This document shows positions 18,292 through 28,531 of a stretch of DNA of 64,000 bases, piece by piece (position 1 is the stretch's first letter; each line of letters starts with the position of its first letter). The position numbers and the translations under genes are program-made. Under the pieces are notes generated by a model. It had not been told where the DNA came from. It did not search any database and saw only the letters and a list, made by a program, of their open reading frames with translations. Source of the stretch: Pseudomonadota bacterium (GTDB taxonomy: Bacteria; Bdellovibrionota; Bdellovibrionia; Bdellovibrionales; Bdellovibrionaceae); contig JBEGVH010000016.1 of assembly GCA_041178425.1 (NCBI GenBank), forward strand, positions 64,001-128,000. Direction: 5' to 3'.

Positions 18292-19314
18292 ATGAAAAGT
18301 CATGGCCAAGTAAATCAAAAAAATATTGAAAAAACCCTAAAATGGGCTTCCGTTTTTTCAGTCGTTGTGAGCTTCTGCGTTCTTGGCCTCAAGTCCGCCG
18401 CTTTCTTTGCAACGAATTCCCAGGTTGTTTTATCAGACGCACTGGAAAGTATTGTTAATGTGATTGCAAGTCTCATTGCTCTTTGGATTGTTCATGTTAG
18501 CAGCGAACCCGCTGACGATAAGCATCCGTATGGGCATGGGAAACTCGAATATTTTTCGGCAGCTTTTGAAGGGGGCCTCATCTGCTTCGCCGGCCTAATG
18601 ATTATTGCCGAATCAGTTCAAAGCCTTTTCGAAGGTGAGTTGATCGCGAATTTTGAAGTAGGTTTTCTTTACTCTATAGTCGCCAGTCTACTCAACCTGG
18701 GACTCGGGCTATATTTAAAATATGTGGGCTCTAAACATCATTCAGCAGCACTCAATTCTAGTGGGACCCATGTTCTGTCAGATATATGGACGACTATAGG
18801 CGCACTCATCGGCCTGGGCCTCGTTTGGCTGACTGGAAAGCTTTGGCTTGACTCAATCTCTGCTATAATAATGGCTCTCTATCTGCTCTATAGTGGCTAC
18901 AAAGTTGTTCGCTCCGCGGTTGGAGGTTTACTCGACGAAATTGACAACGACTCATTGGGAAAACTGGCGGCCGTGATTGAGAAAACCCGCTTTCCAGGAA
19001 TCATTGATATTCACCAAACAAGGATGATCCGGGCAGGGCGCTTTCATCATATCGATTCACATGTTGTTGTCCCTGAATTTTGGGATGTTAGTGAAGCTCA
19101 TCATCAAACGACCCTCTTTGAGCGCCTAGTTGTTAAGGAGTACCATTTGGAGGGCGAGGTGGCCTTTCACGTAGATCCTTGCCTGAAGTCCTATTGTGGT
19201 CAGTGTGATCTTGAACCCTGCCCCATAAGAATTGCCGAATTTGAAAAAAGATCACACGTTACCGCTCATAGCTTGACCCAAAAGCCCATCTTAGAAGAAG
19301 AAGATGGTCTATGA
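18292..19314 (+). CDS. Cation diffusion facilitator family transporter
   Basis: SDALES, HPYGHGKLEY, HVLSD; Cys-rich C-terminal tail. Confidence 0.9.
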   Translation: MKSHGQVNQKNIEKTLKWASVFSVVVSFCVLGLKSAAFFATNSQVVLSDALESIVNVIASLIALWIVHVSSEPADDKHPYGHGKLEYFSAAFEGGLICFAGLMIIAESVQSLFEGELIANFEVGFLYSIVASLLNLGLGLYLKYVGSKHHSAALNSSGTHVLSDIWTTIGALIGLGLVWLTGKLWLDSISAIIMALYLLYSGYKVVRSAVGGLLDEIDNDSLGKLAAVIEKTRFPGIIDIHQTRMIRAGRFHHIDSHVVVPEFWDVSEAHHQTTLFERLVVKEYHLEGEVAFHVDPCLKSYCGQCDLEPCPIRIAEFEKRSHVTAHSLTQKPILEEEDGL

Positions 19315-20006
19315 ACGAACGTCGTCCTCAACTAAGCCTAACCAGAACTATTCCTAAGCCAACCTATTATATTTCGGCAATAGATGGCGAGTTTGCAGAG
19401 TTTGCCTTCAATGAAGAACGCGCACCACAAAACCAGGGTGCTTGGCGATCTAATGTATTTAAAGTCGAAGACTCCGTCCCCTTAGATCTTGAATTTGGTA
19501 CTGGTAATGGCCAACACTTTGCCCATCACGCAAATTCAAACCCAAATCGCTGCTTAGTTGGATTTGAACTAAAATATAAACCACTCATTCAAAGTATTCG
19601 CCGTACCCTGAATGGTGGAGCAAAAAATGCCAGAATTCTTCGATATCATGCTCACAATGCTGATCTTGCTTTTGCCGAGGGCGAAATTAACAATGTCTAT
19701 GTTCACTTTCCTGACCCTTGGGAACGACCTAAGAAATTTAAAAATAGAATTATTTGCGAGACATTTTTAAATCGACTCTACAAATTACAACGACCCGGCT
19801 CCTTCGTGGAGTTTAAAACAGATTCACGCGAATACTTTCTATGGGCTCTCGAAGAAATCAAGAAAACCAACTACGTTTTAGAATTTCATACTTTAGATCT
19901 TCATCAGTCTGAGATGGCATCAGAAAATTTTATTACGACTTTCGAAAAAATTTTCTTGGGAGAGGGTATTCCCATCAATGCCTGTCGTCTTCGCAAACCG
20001 CTTTAA
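19311..20006 (+). CDS. trmB: tRNA (guanine-N7)-methyltransferase
   Basis: LEFGTGNG, HFPDPW, FKTD, TTFEK. Confidence 0.9.
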   Translation: MNERRPQLSLTRTIPKPTYYISAIDGEFAEFAFNEERAPQNQGAWRSNVFKVEDSVPLDLEFGTGNGQHFAHHANSNPNRCLVGFELKYKPLIQSIRRTLNGGAKNARILRYHAHNADLAFAEGEINNVYVHFPDPWERPKKFKNRIICETFLNRLYKLQRPGSFVEFKTDSREYFLWALEEIKKTNYVLEFHTLDLHQSEMASENFITTFEKIFLGEGIPINACRLRKPL

Positions 20007-20012
20007 TTTTTA

Positions 20013-20300
20013 TTACCAGTAGGGGGTATCGATAGTGATGTCTCCAAGAACTTCGACTTGGCAGGTTAAACGACACTGAGATGGTAAATTTTTGATCTCA
20101 ATAAGATGCGCCTCCTCTGATCGAATAGCTGATAAATTTTCTTTGCCATTTAAAACATACACCCAGCATTTCGCGCAAACCGCATCCCCAGAACAAGATG
20201 ATGCAACCGATATTCCATTTTCGAGTAAAGCCTTCATCAGATTCACTCCCATAGGCACCGTAATGGGTTTTTTATTTTTTAAAAAATTGATGGTTGCCAC
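20013..20300 (-). CDS. 2Fe-2S ferredoxin
   Basis: CSGDAVCAKC...RLTCQ. Confidence 0.85.
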   Translation of the reverse strand: MATINFLKNKKPITVPMGVNLMKALLENGISVASSCSGDAVCAKCWVYVLNGKENLSAIRSEEAHLIEIKNLPSQCRLTCQVEVLGDITIDTPYW

Positions 20301-20488
20301 AGTTGCTTACCTCTCTTTTAACGGCATCTCTTTCTTTTCAACAATCCTATAATTTTTATTCCCTCCTCACAAGCTCCACTCTAACAAGTTCCTTCAAGGA
20401 GCCTTTGGGCACCCTCCTTTTAAAGATAAATATAGGTTTTTTACCTGAGTTAGTTTATCTATCATCTCTGACCACTTAGGAGCTAAAA

Positions 20489-21223
20489 TTGGACATGCAA
20501 ATAATCGATCAAAATGAACGCATAGCAATTTTAGGAGCAAGCCGCGGCCTCGGATTAGAACTGCTCAAAAAAATATTAGAAAAGACCAGGGCAAATCTAT
20601 GGGTCAGCTCTCGCAAAATTGGAATTCTTAATGACAATGAATACCTCAGAGAATTTCAAGATCGAATCGAAAGCATCTCGCTCGATTATTCAAAACCTTC
20701 GGATGTTGATAAACTCATTGAGTGCTTGCTGCTCTATAAGCCAACAAGACTATTTTACTGCGCTGGAGGGGGGCCTTTTGGTTTATACTCAGACAAGCCC
20801 TGGCACTCTCATACTTGGGCTTTTAATCTGAATCTATTGGTGCCCGCTCAATTATTGCACACGATCCTTAAAAACAAAGAAAATCATTTTGAAACCTTAA
20901 AACAAGTGATCTTTATCGGCTCTTCAATTGCTGAGAACGCTCCTGATCCTGGGGCGTCTAGCTATGCTTCTGCTAAACACGGACTCAATGGCCTTATTAA
21001 GAGTGTTGTGATGGAAACTCAGGCAACCCCAATCGATTTGCGCCTCTACAGCCCCGGATACATGGACACCGGCCTCCTCCCACCTAACTCACGCCCACGA
21101 CTAGATGGCTCATTGATTGCCGATCCAGAAAAAATAGCAGAAGATCTGCTAGATTGGGCCCATACCCCCATCGACAAGTTGCAGTGGCATAGGGTTTCCA
21201 ACGGTAACGAATTTATGAAATAA
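20489..21223 (+). CDS. SDR family oxidoreductase
   Basis: GASRGLG, YASAK, PGYMDT. Confidence 0.85.
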   Translation: MDMQIIDQNERIAILGASRGLGLELLKKILEKTRANLWVSSRKIGILNDNEYLREFQDRIESISLDYSKPSDVDKLIECLLLYKPTRLFYCAGGGPFGLYSDKPWHSHTWAFNLNLLVPAQLLHTILKNKENHFETLKQVIFIGSSIAENAPDPGASSYASAKHGLNGLIKSVVMETQATPIDLRLYSPGYMDTGLLPPNSRPRLDGSLIADPEKIAEDLLDWAHTPIDKLQWHRVSNGNEFMK

Positions 21224-21226
21224 GGA

Positions 21227-22168
21227 ATGATTATGGATAAAAAGATTGAAAACGTTATTATCATTGGTTCTGGTCCTGCGGGGCTCACATCTGCAATTTA
21301 CACATCTCGTGCTCGTCTTGACCCCCTCATGATTGAGGGAGAAGAAGCTGGAGGTCAGCTCATGCTGACCACAGAAGTTGAAAACTTTCCGGGCTTTGAA
21401 CATGGTATCTCTGGCTCTGAACTCATCGACGTCATGAAAAAGCAGGCAACCCGATTTGGCACCCGCTTTCTTACCAAAAATGTGACCAAAGTTGACTTTA
21501 ACCAAAAGCCTTTCAAAATTTGGGTCGGCAACGAAGAATTCTTGGCAAAATCGGTTATCATTTCTACTGGAGCCAGTGCGAAGTATCTAGGGCTCCCCTC
21601 CGAAAAATACTACATGAATAAAGGGGTCTCAGCTTGTGCTACGTGTGATGGTGCCTTTTTTAGAAATCTAGAAGTGGCCGTTGTTGGCGGTGGTGATACC
21701 GCCATGGAAGAAGCGCAGTTTCTTACGCGATTTGCTAGTAAAGTTTATCTTATCCATCGACGCGATAGCTTTCGTGCCTCAAAGATTATGGCAGAGAGAG
21801 TGATGAATCACCCAAAAATTCAGATCATTTGGGACACCGAAGTTATCGAAGTTATCGGCGACAATAAAGCTATGAGCTCTTTAAAGCTTCGAAATCTTAA
21901 AGATAATAAAGAATCTATTCTTCCTGTTCAGGGACTTTTTCTTGCAATTGGTCATAAACCGAACACAGAAGTGTTTAAAGAGTTTATTCATCTGCATGAT
22001 AATGGTTATATTAAAACAGTGCCTGGCTCATCAAAAACTAATATTGAAGGAGTTTTTGCTTCGGGTGACGTTCAGGATCACATTTATCGTCAGGCCATTA
22101 CTGCCGCTGGATCAGGATGTATGGCTGCGATAGATTGTGAGCGTTGGCTAGAAAATCAAAATCACTAA
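21227..22168 (+). CDS. trxB: Thioredoxin-disulfide reductase
   Basis: GSGPAG, CATCDG, GGGDTAMEEA. Confidence 0.97.
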   Translation: MIMDKKIENVIIIGSGPAGLTSAIYTSRARLDPLMIEGEEAGGQLMLTTEVENFPGFEHGISGSELIDVMKKQATRFGTRFLTKNVTKVDFNQKPFKIWVGNEEFLAKSVIISTGASAKYLGLPSEKYYMNKGVSACATCDGAFFRNLEVAVVGGGDTAMEEAQFLTRFASKVYLIHRRDSFRASKIMAERVMNHPKIQIIWDTEVIEVIGDNKAMSSLKLRNLKDNKESILPVQGLFLAIGHKPNTEVFKEFIHLHDNGYIKTVPGSSKTNIEGVFASGDVQDHIYRQAITAAGSGCMAAIDCERWLENQNH

Positions 22169-22191
22169 ATAAAAATCCCATTGGAGGGGAT

Positions 22192-22704
22192 ATGAAAAAA
22201 ATTAACACCAAGGATTTGGTTGAAAAAATTGAACGTATCACTCGCGCCAAAATGGCTCACCAAGAAGTGGTTCCCTTGGGATCTTTTCGTGAATTGAAGA
22301 AAAAAATGGATCCCAAGGTTATACTCGTCGTCGAAGATGATGAAACAATGAGACTGGCACTCAAAAGAATACTTGAACAAGATTCCTACCTAGTAAAGAT
22401 TGCCTCTGATGCAACCGAACTGGCAAGGGTGCTCGATGACAAAGCGATTGATTTACTCATCTTAGATATTGGGCTTCCTTGGATTGATGGATTCGAATTA
22501 GGGCAAATCTTGAAAGACCATAAAGACTTAAAGAATATTCCTCTGATTTATGTTTCAGGACACGTGACCGAAGGTGATCTCAAGAAAGCCTTCGAAATCG
22601 GGGCCAGCGAATTTTTCCAAAAACCCTTTGACCCCGAAAAACTTAGAAATACCGTAAAGCACTTACTCGCCAATCCCCCTGGACCTTCACTCAATAGAGT
22701 TTAA
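22192..22704 (+). CDS. Response regulator receiver protein with N-terminal extension
   Basis: VVEDD, LDIGLP, KPF; GGAGG RBS before ATG 22192. Confidence 0.85.
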   Translation: MKKINTKDLVEKIERITRAKMAHQEVVPLGSFRELKKKMDPKVILVVEDDETMRLALKRILEQDSYLVKIASDATELARVLDDKAIDLLILDIGLPWIDGFELGQILKDHKDLKNIPLIYVSGHVTEGDLKKAFEIGASEFFQKPFDPEKLRNTVKHLLANPPGPSLNRV

Positions 22705-22723
22705 TTCAAGAGGATGATTGAAA

Positions 22724-22750
22724 AAAGGCCATCAAAATTTGACGGCCTTT
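22724..22750. terminator. Intrinsic terminator between convergent genes
   Basis: AAAGGCCATCAAA-A-TTTGACGGCCTTT. Confidence 0.65.
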
Positions 22751-22773
22751 ACAATACCTAGTTTTTAATTTTT

Positions 22774-23316
22774 TTAGTTTGAATCATTTTCGCAGGTTCG
22801 AACCTCTGTCAATAGCTCTTCTTCTTGAGCAAACAGACGATTCTTTTTATCTTCCATGTCGCGAATTTTATCACGCAACTTTTGCTCCTCAACAGCTACC
22901 AACTGCCCTTTTTCATCGTAGCCAAACTTATCAGCATTAATTTGGCCCAGTTCCTGATCTTTTAAAACCATCTGTCGAGCGATCTTCGGCTTCTGCTTTT
23001 TCTGACTCATGCATTCTTCGTAGCGCCCAAAGAGGCCCCTGGTATTGAACCGACGACTTCCGTAGAGCTCATCTTGTTTTTTTCGAACTTCGTAGGAGAC
23101 CTCTTTTAAGTAATCAACAAGCTTTGTTTTTTTCTGAACGATCACCTCTTCGTCTTTGTTAACTCCAAGGGTTTCTTTTGAACTAAGCAATTCAGCACGT
23201 TCAACACTTGTTTTGAGATCTTGAGCTTTAATATCTGCATCTTTCTTTTCTTTTGATGAACAGGAAACAAAAATTAAACAGGTTAAGGCAACAAGGACAT
23301 TCTTTATCATCTTCAT
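22774..23316 (-). CDS. Hypothetical lipoprotein (paralog of 23329..23913)
   Basis: Lipobox VSC; shared KLVDYL, ExCM and GxDEK motifs. Confidence 0.8.
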   Translation of the reverse strand: MKMIKNVLVALTCLIFVSCSSKEKKDADIKAQDLKTSVERAELLSSKETLGVNKDEEVIVQKKTKLVDYLKEVSYEVRKKQDELYGSRRFNTRGLFGRYEECMSQKKQKPKIARQMVLKDQELGQINADKFGYDEKGQLVAVEEQKLRDKIRDMEDKKNRLFAQEEELLTEVRTCENDSN

Positions 23317-23328
23317 TTCTCCAGTGAT

Positions 23329-23913
23329 CTATTCGGCTTCTTCAAATTTTGGAAAAGGTTTTGAACCTGAACTAGCTTGTTCGGGATTTTTTAGCTTTAA
23401 TTTACAGTTTTTAGTTTCGGTATCAAACCAGTCTTCTTGTTCGGAATAGGCCTGCTTGTACTCTTCAAAGCGCTTGATACGCCCGGTGATTTCCTCTTGA
23501 GACAAAACCACTAAATTATTTTTTTCATCAACACCCGCTTTCTTTTTCGGGCTCCCAAGTTTGGTTAACAAAACCTTCTCAGGTAATTCTACCATTCCCC
23601 ATTTTCCGGTGTTTTTCTTTTGGAGCTCCGTCATACAGTTTTCAAGTGCTCCATATTTACCGATATTTCCGTAGGACTTATTGCCAAAAAGAGATTCCTC
23701 TGACACATACACCTGCTTCTCGAGATCAATCAGATAATCAACTAATTTTATTTTTTCCTGGATAATTGTATCACCGTCGCTGTTCTTGCCAATCGACGAT
23801 GAAGAATTGATTTGTGTTTGATTTTCCATTTCAGTCTCAATTGACTCTAGTTTTTTCTTCGATGAACAGGCTGTCACACTCATTAATAATATAAGAAAAA
23901 TCCATTTTCCCAT
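23329..23913 (-). CDS. Hypothetical lipoprotein (paralog of 22774..23316)
   Basis: Lipobox TAC; same shared motifs. Confidence 0.8.
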   Translation of the reverse strand: MGKWIFLILLMSVTACSSKKKLESIETEMENQTQINSSSSIGKNSDGDTIIQEKIKLVDYLIDLEKQVYVSEESLFGNKSYGNIGKYGALENCMTELQKKNTGKWGMVELPEKVLLTKLGSPKKKAGVDEKNNLVVLSQEEITGRIKRFEEYKQAYSEQEDWFDTETKNCKLKLKNPEQASSGSKPFPKFEEAE

Positions 23914-24050
23914 AAAATACCTCTTTGCTTGACTAACATTTTAAATACGCGTCTCTCTATGATAGTTTAACCACCAAGACAACCGGCAAGGGATTTTGAT
24001 TTTTTTAGAGCAGACTAGATGAGTGTCTGTGCGACAAGTGGTTTGACGGA

Positions 24051-25553
24051 CTATTTGAGGCCGTCAACTGAAGGGTCGAGTTTCGCAAGGTGCGATTGTT
24101 TACCAAATGAAAAAAACTGAAAGCTAGATCGTCCACTTAAAGGCTTAGCGCCACCATGGCTCTTCGCTAAACGCATGACTACTTGATTTCTCACCGTTCT
24201 CGCCTGAGCGATATTCTTGGTCTGAAAGAAAACACCAAAGTAAACTCGACCTTGGTTTGTACTTACAAAACCAGAAAGCGTCAGAGCATTCGCAAGAGTT
24301 CCAGTTTTTGCTACAACCGCCCCCTTCAAGGGAGCTTGTTTATAGACGCCATTGAGTGTTCCATGATCGATCCCACCTATCATCATGATATCAGGAAGGT
24401 CTAACTTATATTTAGCCAGCTCCTGCTTCATTCCTAGGAGGGCCTTGATCATAATTTCGCAACTTGTTGTGGTATCAGAGCGATCGCCGCTTTGACGGAA
24501 TGGCAAGCCAGACCCCGTAAAGAGTCTCGCATCCGTTTCATTAAGATTCAGTTTTTGCACCAAAAAATTCGAAAAGGACTGTCGACCACCAAACAAATAA
24601 AAGAGCTCGTCTGCGGGATAGTTCATCGAGTGAATATTTAAAATTTTGAGATAATTCATCACGGCTGGTGAATGAGATTCAAATACCTCAACCCCCGCCC
24701 TCCCTTCGAGAGGATCATTATCTACGAAGTTCACTTCGAGCACCTTAAGATCTTGTTCTTTGAAAGGAAGAACCTTTACTCCTAGAACTTCTGCAGTTTT
24801 TTGGAAGCTTGCAAATTGAGTACGATCCTCATTATTCCAATTTCTCGTATTCATCAGATGCATTAACTGTTTGGCTATTACCTCACGAGAAACTCCACCA
24901 TGTTGAGTGATCTCAGTATGATAGTTGGATGGATTTTCCACTCCCTGAAAATATCGAAAGCCTTTGTCAAAATAAACTTTATTTATCTGGCGAATGCCAA
25001 TTTTGTTCAAATCAGAAATAAGTAAAAGTAACCTTCGACGCCCAAAAAATGGGTCTTTAGAACCCTTAATCATAAGTTCTGCTGTCGTTGGATCCCAAAT
25101 AAATTGAGTTTTAAATTGATACTTTGGGCCCAAACGTGAAACAACCCAGTATGAGGTTAATAGTTTAGTCACAGACGCTAATCGAACCTGATGGTCGATA
25201 TTAACCCCTTTAATATCCTCTTGATTGGCTCCCGGATCTAAATAACAAGCGGAGTGCTCCCCAGAATATTGCCTCACCTTATTGAGCATTGATTTAAGAG
25301 CCGCCTGTTGATCCGTTGGTTCCTTTGGAATTTTTGAATCAGGAGGTCTCTGAACCGGCATTTTATTTTCTGGTGCCGGAGATGATTGTTTTGCAGGGTT
25401 TGACTGTTTGGCCGGATGAGGTGGTTGAACCTCCTTAGCCTGCAGTGCCGAATGAAAGAACGTTAAAACAAACAGAAAGTTAGTTAATAACGTGAATTGG
25501 TTTACACCGAACTTGGAATTCTCAAAACACTGTTTATTTTCAGACTTCATCAT
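24051..25553 (-). CDS. dacB: DacB/PBP4 (S13) D-Ala-D-Ala carboxy/endopeptidase
   Basis: ASVTK (SxxK), SMN (SxN), KTGTL, GSGL; signal peptide followed by a Pro-rich linker. Confidence 0.85.
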   Translation of the reverse strand: MMKSENKQCFENSKFGVNQFTLLTNFLFVLTFFHSALQAKEVQPPHPAKQSNPAKQSSPAPENKMPVQRPPDSKIPKEPTDQQAALKSMLNKVRQYSGEHSACYLDPGANQEDIKGVNIDHQVRLASVTKLLTSYWVVSRLGPKYQFKTQFIWDPTTAELMIKGSKDPFFGRRRLLLLISDLNKIGIRQINKVYFDKGFRYFQGVENPSNYHTEITQHGGVSREVIAKQLMHLMNTRNWNNEDRTQFASFQKTAEVLGVKVLPFKEQDLKVLEVNFVDNDPLEGRAGVEVFESHSPAVMNYLKILNIHSMNYPADELFYLFGGRQSFSNFLVQKLNLNETDARLFTGSGLPFRQSGDRSDTTTSCEIMIKALLGMKQELAKYKLDLPDIMMIGGIDHGTLNGVYKQAPLKGAVVAKTGTLANALTLSGFVSTNQGRVYFGVFFQTKNIAQARTVRNQVVMRLAKSHGGAKPLSGRSSFQFFSFGKQSHLAKLDPSVDGLK

Positions 25554-25712
25554 GGTGCGAAAGTAAACTAATCCGAGCTAAAAACCCATTCTGGAGCTAA
25601 GACATTGAATTTTATCCAAACTAATTTACAAACAGAGCCAAAAAACGGCCCTTTGAGCCCTCCTTGGATCATAACTCAATAAATTACATTTAATGGTTAT
25701 TGCTATGTGATT

Positions 25713-26402
25713 TCAGATTGTTACAAATTTATTTTGGTAAGTCTTCAATAGATCATTGTTAATTAATGCTCTCTTGAACCGCAAACAAGACTCACAAGTC
25801 CCACACCATTTTTCACCATCGAGGTAGCAAGACCATAGCAACTCGAAAGGTAGTGACAAAGAATGCGCAACCCTTACCATGCCCGTTTTATCCAAATTGG
25901 TTGTGAAGCATTGTGCTTTTACTTTGTTCGCTGTTGAAAAACTAAGTGATGCGGTCATTGCTTCGAGAAATGCCTCAGAGTTATCAGGAAATGTCTGAGC
26001 CTCTTCGATGTTAAATCCAGGAACAACAATGTCAGCATCAAATGCCTCTGCATAACCTGCAGCGATATTCAGTAGAATCCCATTGCGGTTAGGAACCCAA
26101 ACGGCCGTCGCCGTTTTTTTTGATTGAGCTTGATCGTCTATCTTTACGTCAGCACCCTGCGGAACCTGGTGCGATCGATCGATCAGACTGGATCGACCGA
26201 AATCTTTGATCCATGAAATATCTAGAACTTTGTGGTTAATACCAAGACGTTGAGTGAGTTCTTTTGCCGCATGCACTTCTTTCTGAGCTACTCTTTGACC
26301 ATAATTGAAAGTAAGAGCTAATCGAACATCTGTTTTTTGACTGGCTATATATAAATTGGTGGCTGAGTCGAGACCACCTGATAATAAAACAACAGATTTC
26401 AA
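25713..26402 (-). CDS. queC: 7-cyano-7-deazaguanine synthase
   Basis: LSGGLDS, YGQR, VPNRN, WSCY...CGTCESC. Probable TTG start at 26402, just after the upstream stop. Confidence 0.93.
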   Translation of the reverse strand: MKSVVLLSGGLDSATNLYIASQKTDVRLALTFNYGQRVAQKEVHAAKELTQRLGINHKVLDISWIKDFGRSSLIDRSHQVPQGADVKIDDQAQSKKTATAVWVPNRNGILLNIAAGYAEAFDADIVVPGFNIEEAQTFPDNSEAFLEAMTASLSFSTANKVKAQCFTTNLDKTGMVRVAHSLSLPFELLWSCYLDGEKWCGTCESCLRFKRALINNDLLKTYQNKFVTI

Positions 26403-26403
26403 A

Positions 26404-26703
26404 CTATTTCCTCGTGCTTTTTTTTCCTGGCTTGGTGCGCTTGATATTCTCGCTGATTTCAGTCGCATGCTTAAGAATCCGATAACCGAGTGCACGCAGG
26501 TCTTGAAGCTTAATTGGGCTAACATCAATAGATTTAAGAACTTGATCAATATTAGCCTGAACTTTTGGTGGCAATTTTAAAAGATTGGAATCGACTTTTT
26601 TGAGAACGTTGTTAAGTGCGCCAGAAGTCTTCTTAGTCATTTTTGATTGAGCGGGTTTCTTTTTGGTTACTTTTTTCTTTGCTTTTGCTTTTTTACCCAC
26701 CAT
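26404..26703 (-). CDS. Small Lys-rich basic protein
   Basis: GAGG RBS before ATG 26703; fills the gap between recJ and queC. Confidence 0.65.
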   Translation of the reverse strand: MVGKKAKAKKKVTKKKPAQSKMTKKTSGALNNVLKKVDSNLLKLPPKVQANIDQVLKSIDVSPIKLQDLRALGYRILKHATEISENIKRTKPGKKSTRK

Positions 26704-28429
26704 GACTTGTTTCCTCACCTAAAGCACTCGGCCTTATATCTTTTATTAAAAGCTGAAGTCGCTTTTTATTCTGGAAATAGTTCCACTGTATTTCAGCCAA
26801 AACGTCAACCTGGCGATGGTTGCGAAGCGTCAACAATTGAGCATCTGTAGGTCCAAAGATCAGAGCCTCTCGACCGACACTACCAAAATTTAACTCCAGT
26901 CGACGGTGACCTCCCCGCAATTCTCGCTGAGAAACGACTTCTATATTTGGAATTTTGAAAACGGGAACCTCAAAGCTTTGCCCATAAGGCCCCAGAACAT
27001 CGACCCAATTCATAAAAGCAGGCGTAACATCTTCTAGACTCAGTTCGATGTCATAAAGCACTGGGTCGGCCTCTGTTTTATCTGCCATTAATGCGAATGC
27101 CTCTTCGAGCAATTTAACTATTTCTGGAACTTGGGACGAGGCGTATTCAAAACCTGCGGCGTTTGCATGGCCACCAAAGCGATGAAGATACATCGAGGCT
27201 TTCTCTAAAACAGTAACCAAGTTACCACCCCAAGACTGAGGAGCCCTCGCACTGGCGACAACAATCCCCTCTTCTGTTGCCGAACCTACAAAGGCGGGTT
27301 TTTGAAAGACTTGGCTCAGTCTCGTGGCGACAAGTCCGATAATTCCCTTATGAAAGCTTTGGTCAAAGATAAAGGTAAATGGTTTATTTTCCCACTCCTT
27401 TGCCATCGTCAGAGCGAGCTGCTCAGCCTCTGCCTGAAGTGAAACCCGAAGATCATTTTGCTCGAGAACCTGCCCCATCAGGTCGCGAGCCTCCGACTCA
27501 CTCTCAACTGTAAAGAGATCGAGTGGCCGAATATTTTTCTCCATACGGCTAAGAGCATTGAGTTTAGGGGCAAAGCGGATGGCAACATCCTGACTTGAAA
27601 GCTCCCTTCCGATCAGAGCTAACTCCTCCAAAAGAAATCGAATACCAGGACGCTTGGTTTTACTTAGTTGCAGTAAACCGTGCTTTACAAGAACTCGATT
27701 TTCTTCACGAATTGGCACCATGTCAGTGAGAGTTCCAATAACAAAACAATCAAGAAGCTCCTTAACATCTAGAGCTCCTTCTTCAACTCTTGCTGTCTGA
27801 ACCAAACGACGTCTGAGCGCCCAAACAAGGTAGAAGGCAACCCCCACTCCCGAAAGATGGCCCAACTCCGAAGGACATCCTCCTTGATTAGGATTAATAA
27901 GAGCATAAGCCTCAGGCTTTTCGGAGGCCGGTAGATGGTGGTCGGTTATGATAAGATCGATTTTTAGTTCTTGGCACTTTTTTGCGGCAGCAACAGCCGT
28001 GATACCAACATCAGCAGTGACAATGAGGTTCACACCTTTTTCGTGAAGGGCTTCGACCGCGTGAACATGGAATCCATAACCTTCGGTGAGTCGGCTAGGC
28101 TGATAAGTAACAGTATTTTTAAAACCTAAATTACTAAAAGCTGTTTGCAACAATGCAAGTGCAGAGGTTCCATCTAAATCGAAGTCTCCATACAAAGCGA
28201 CTTTTTCTTGCCTTTCGTGTGCCTGCACAAGGCGATCAATCGCCTTTTCCATGCCAGCAAGCTTGAAAGGATCTCTCAAACTTGAAAGTTTTGGCTGTAT
28301 CCAACTTTGAAAACTTCCAAAATCAACTAACCCTCTCACGCATGCTAGTTGTCGAATTTTTTCGGGAACATCTCCCTCCCACAATGAGGCAGGAGATACC
28401 TCGCTACGTGGCCGCCACACTTGATACAT
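26693..28429 (-). CDS. recJ: Single-stranded DNA exonuclease RecJ
   Basis: GDFDLDG, TDHH, FGGHANAAG; start uncertain (28429-28435). Confidence 0.93.
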   Translation of the reverse strand: MYQVWRPRSEVSPASLWEGDVPEKIRQLACVRGLVDFGSFQSWIQPKLSSLRDPFKLAGMEKAIDRLVQAHERQEKVALYGDFDLDGTSALALLQTAFSNLGFKNTVTYQPSRLTEGYGFHVHAVEALHEKGVNLIVTADVGITAVAAAKKCQELKIDLIITDHHLPASEKPEAYALINPNQGGCPSELGHLSGVGVAFYLVWALRRRLVQTARVEEGALDVKELLDCFVIGTLTDMVPIREENRVLVKHGLLQLSKTKRPGIRFLLEELALIGRELSSQDVAIRFAPKLNALSRMEKNIRPLDLFTVESESEARDLMGQVLEQNDLRVSLQAEAEQLALTMAKEWENKPFTFIFDQSFHKGIIGLVATRLSQVFQKPAFVGSATEEGIVVASARAPQSWGGNLVTVLEKASMYLHRFGGHANAAGFEYASSQVPEIVKLLEEAFALMADKTEADPVLYDIELSLEDVTPAFMNWVDVLGPYGQSFEVPVFKIPNIEVVSQRELRGGHRRLELNFGSVGREALIFGPTDAQLLTLRNHRQVDVLAEIQWNYFQNKKRLQLLIKDIRPSALGEETSHGG

Positions 28430-28474
28430 GAACACCTCTCGGTCACCTTCTAGCGTGAATGGGCCTAAAATACA

Positions 28475-28504
28475 AAAAGCCTCTGACAAACATCAGAGGC
28501 TTTT
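28475..28504 (-). terminator. Intrinsic terminator after secF
   Basis: AAAAGCCTCTGA-caaaca-TCAGAGGCTTTT, with a U run on the minus strand. Confidence 0.75.
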
Positions 28505-28531
28505 GTGCATCTAGACTAAAAAATAGCTTAA

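Noticed and set aside
26403..26549. N-terminal extension of QueC
   Set aside because: Overlaps the upstream basic-protein gene; QueC similarity begins at the TTG at 26402.
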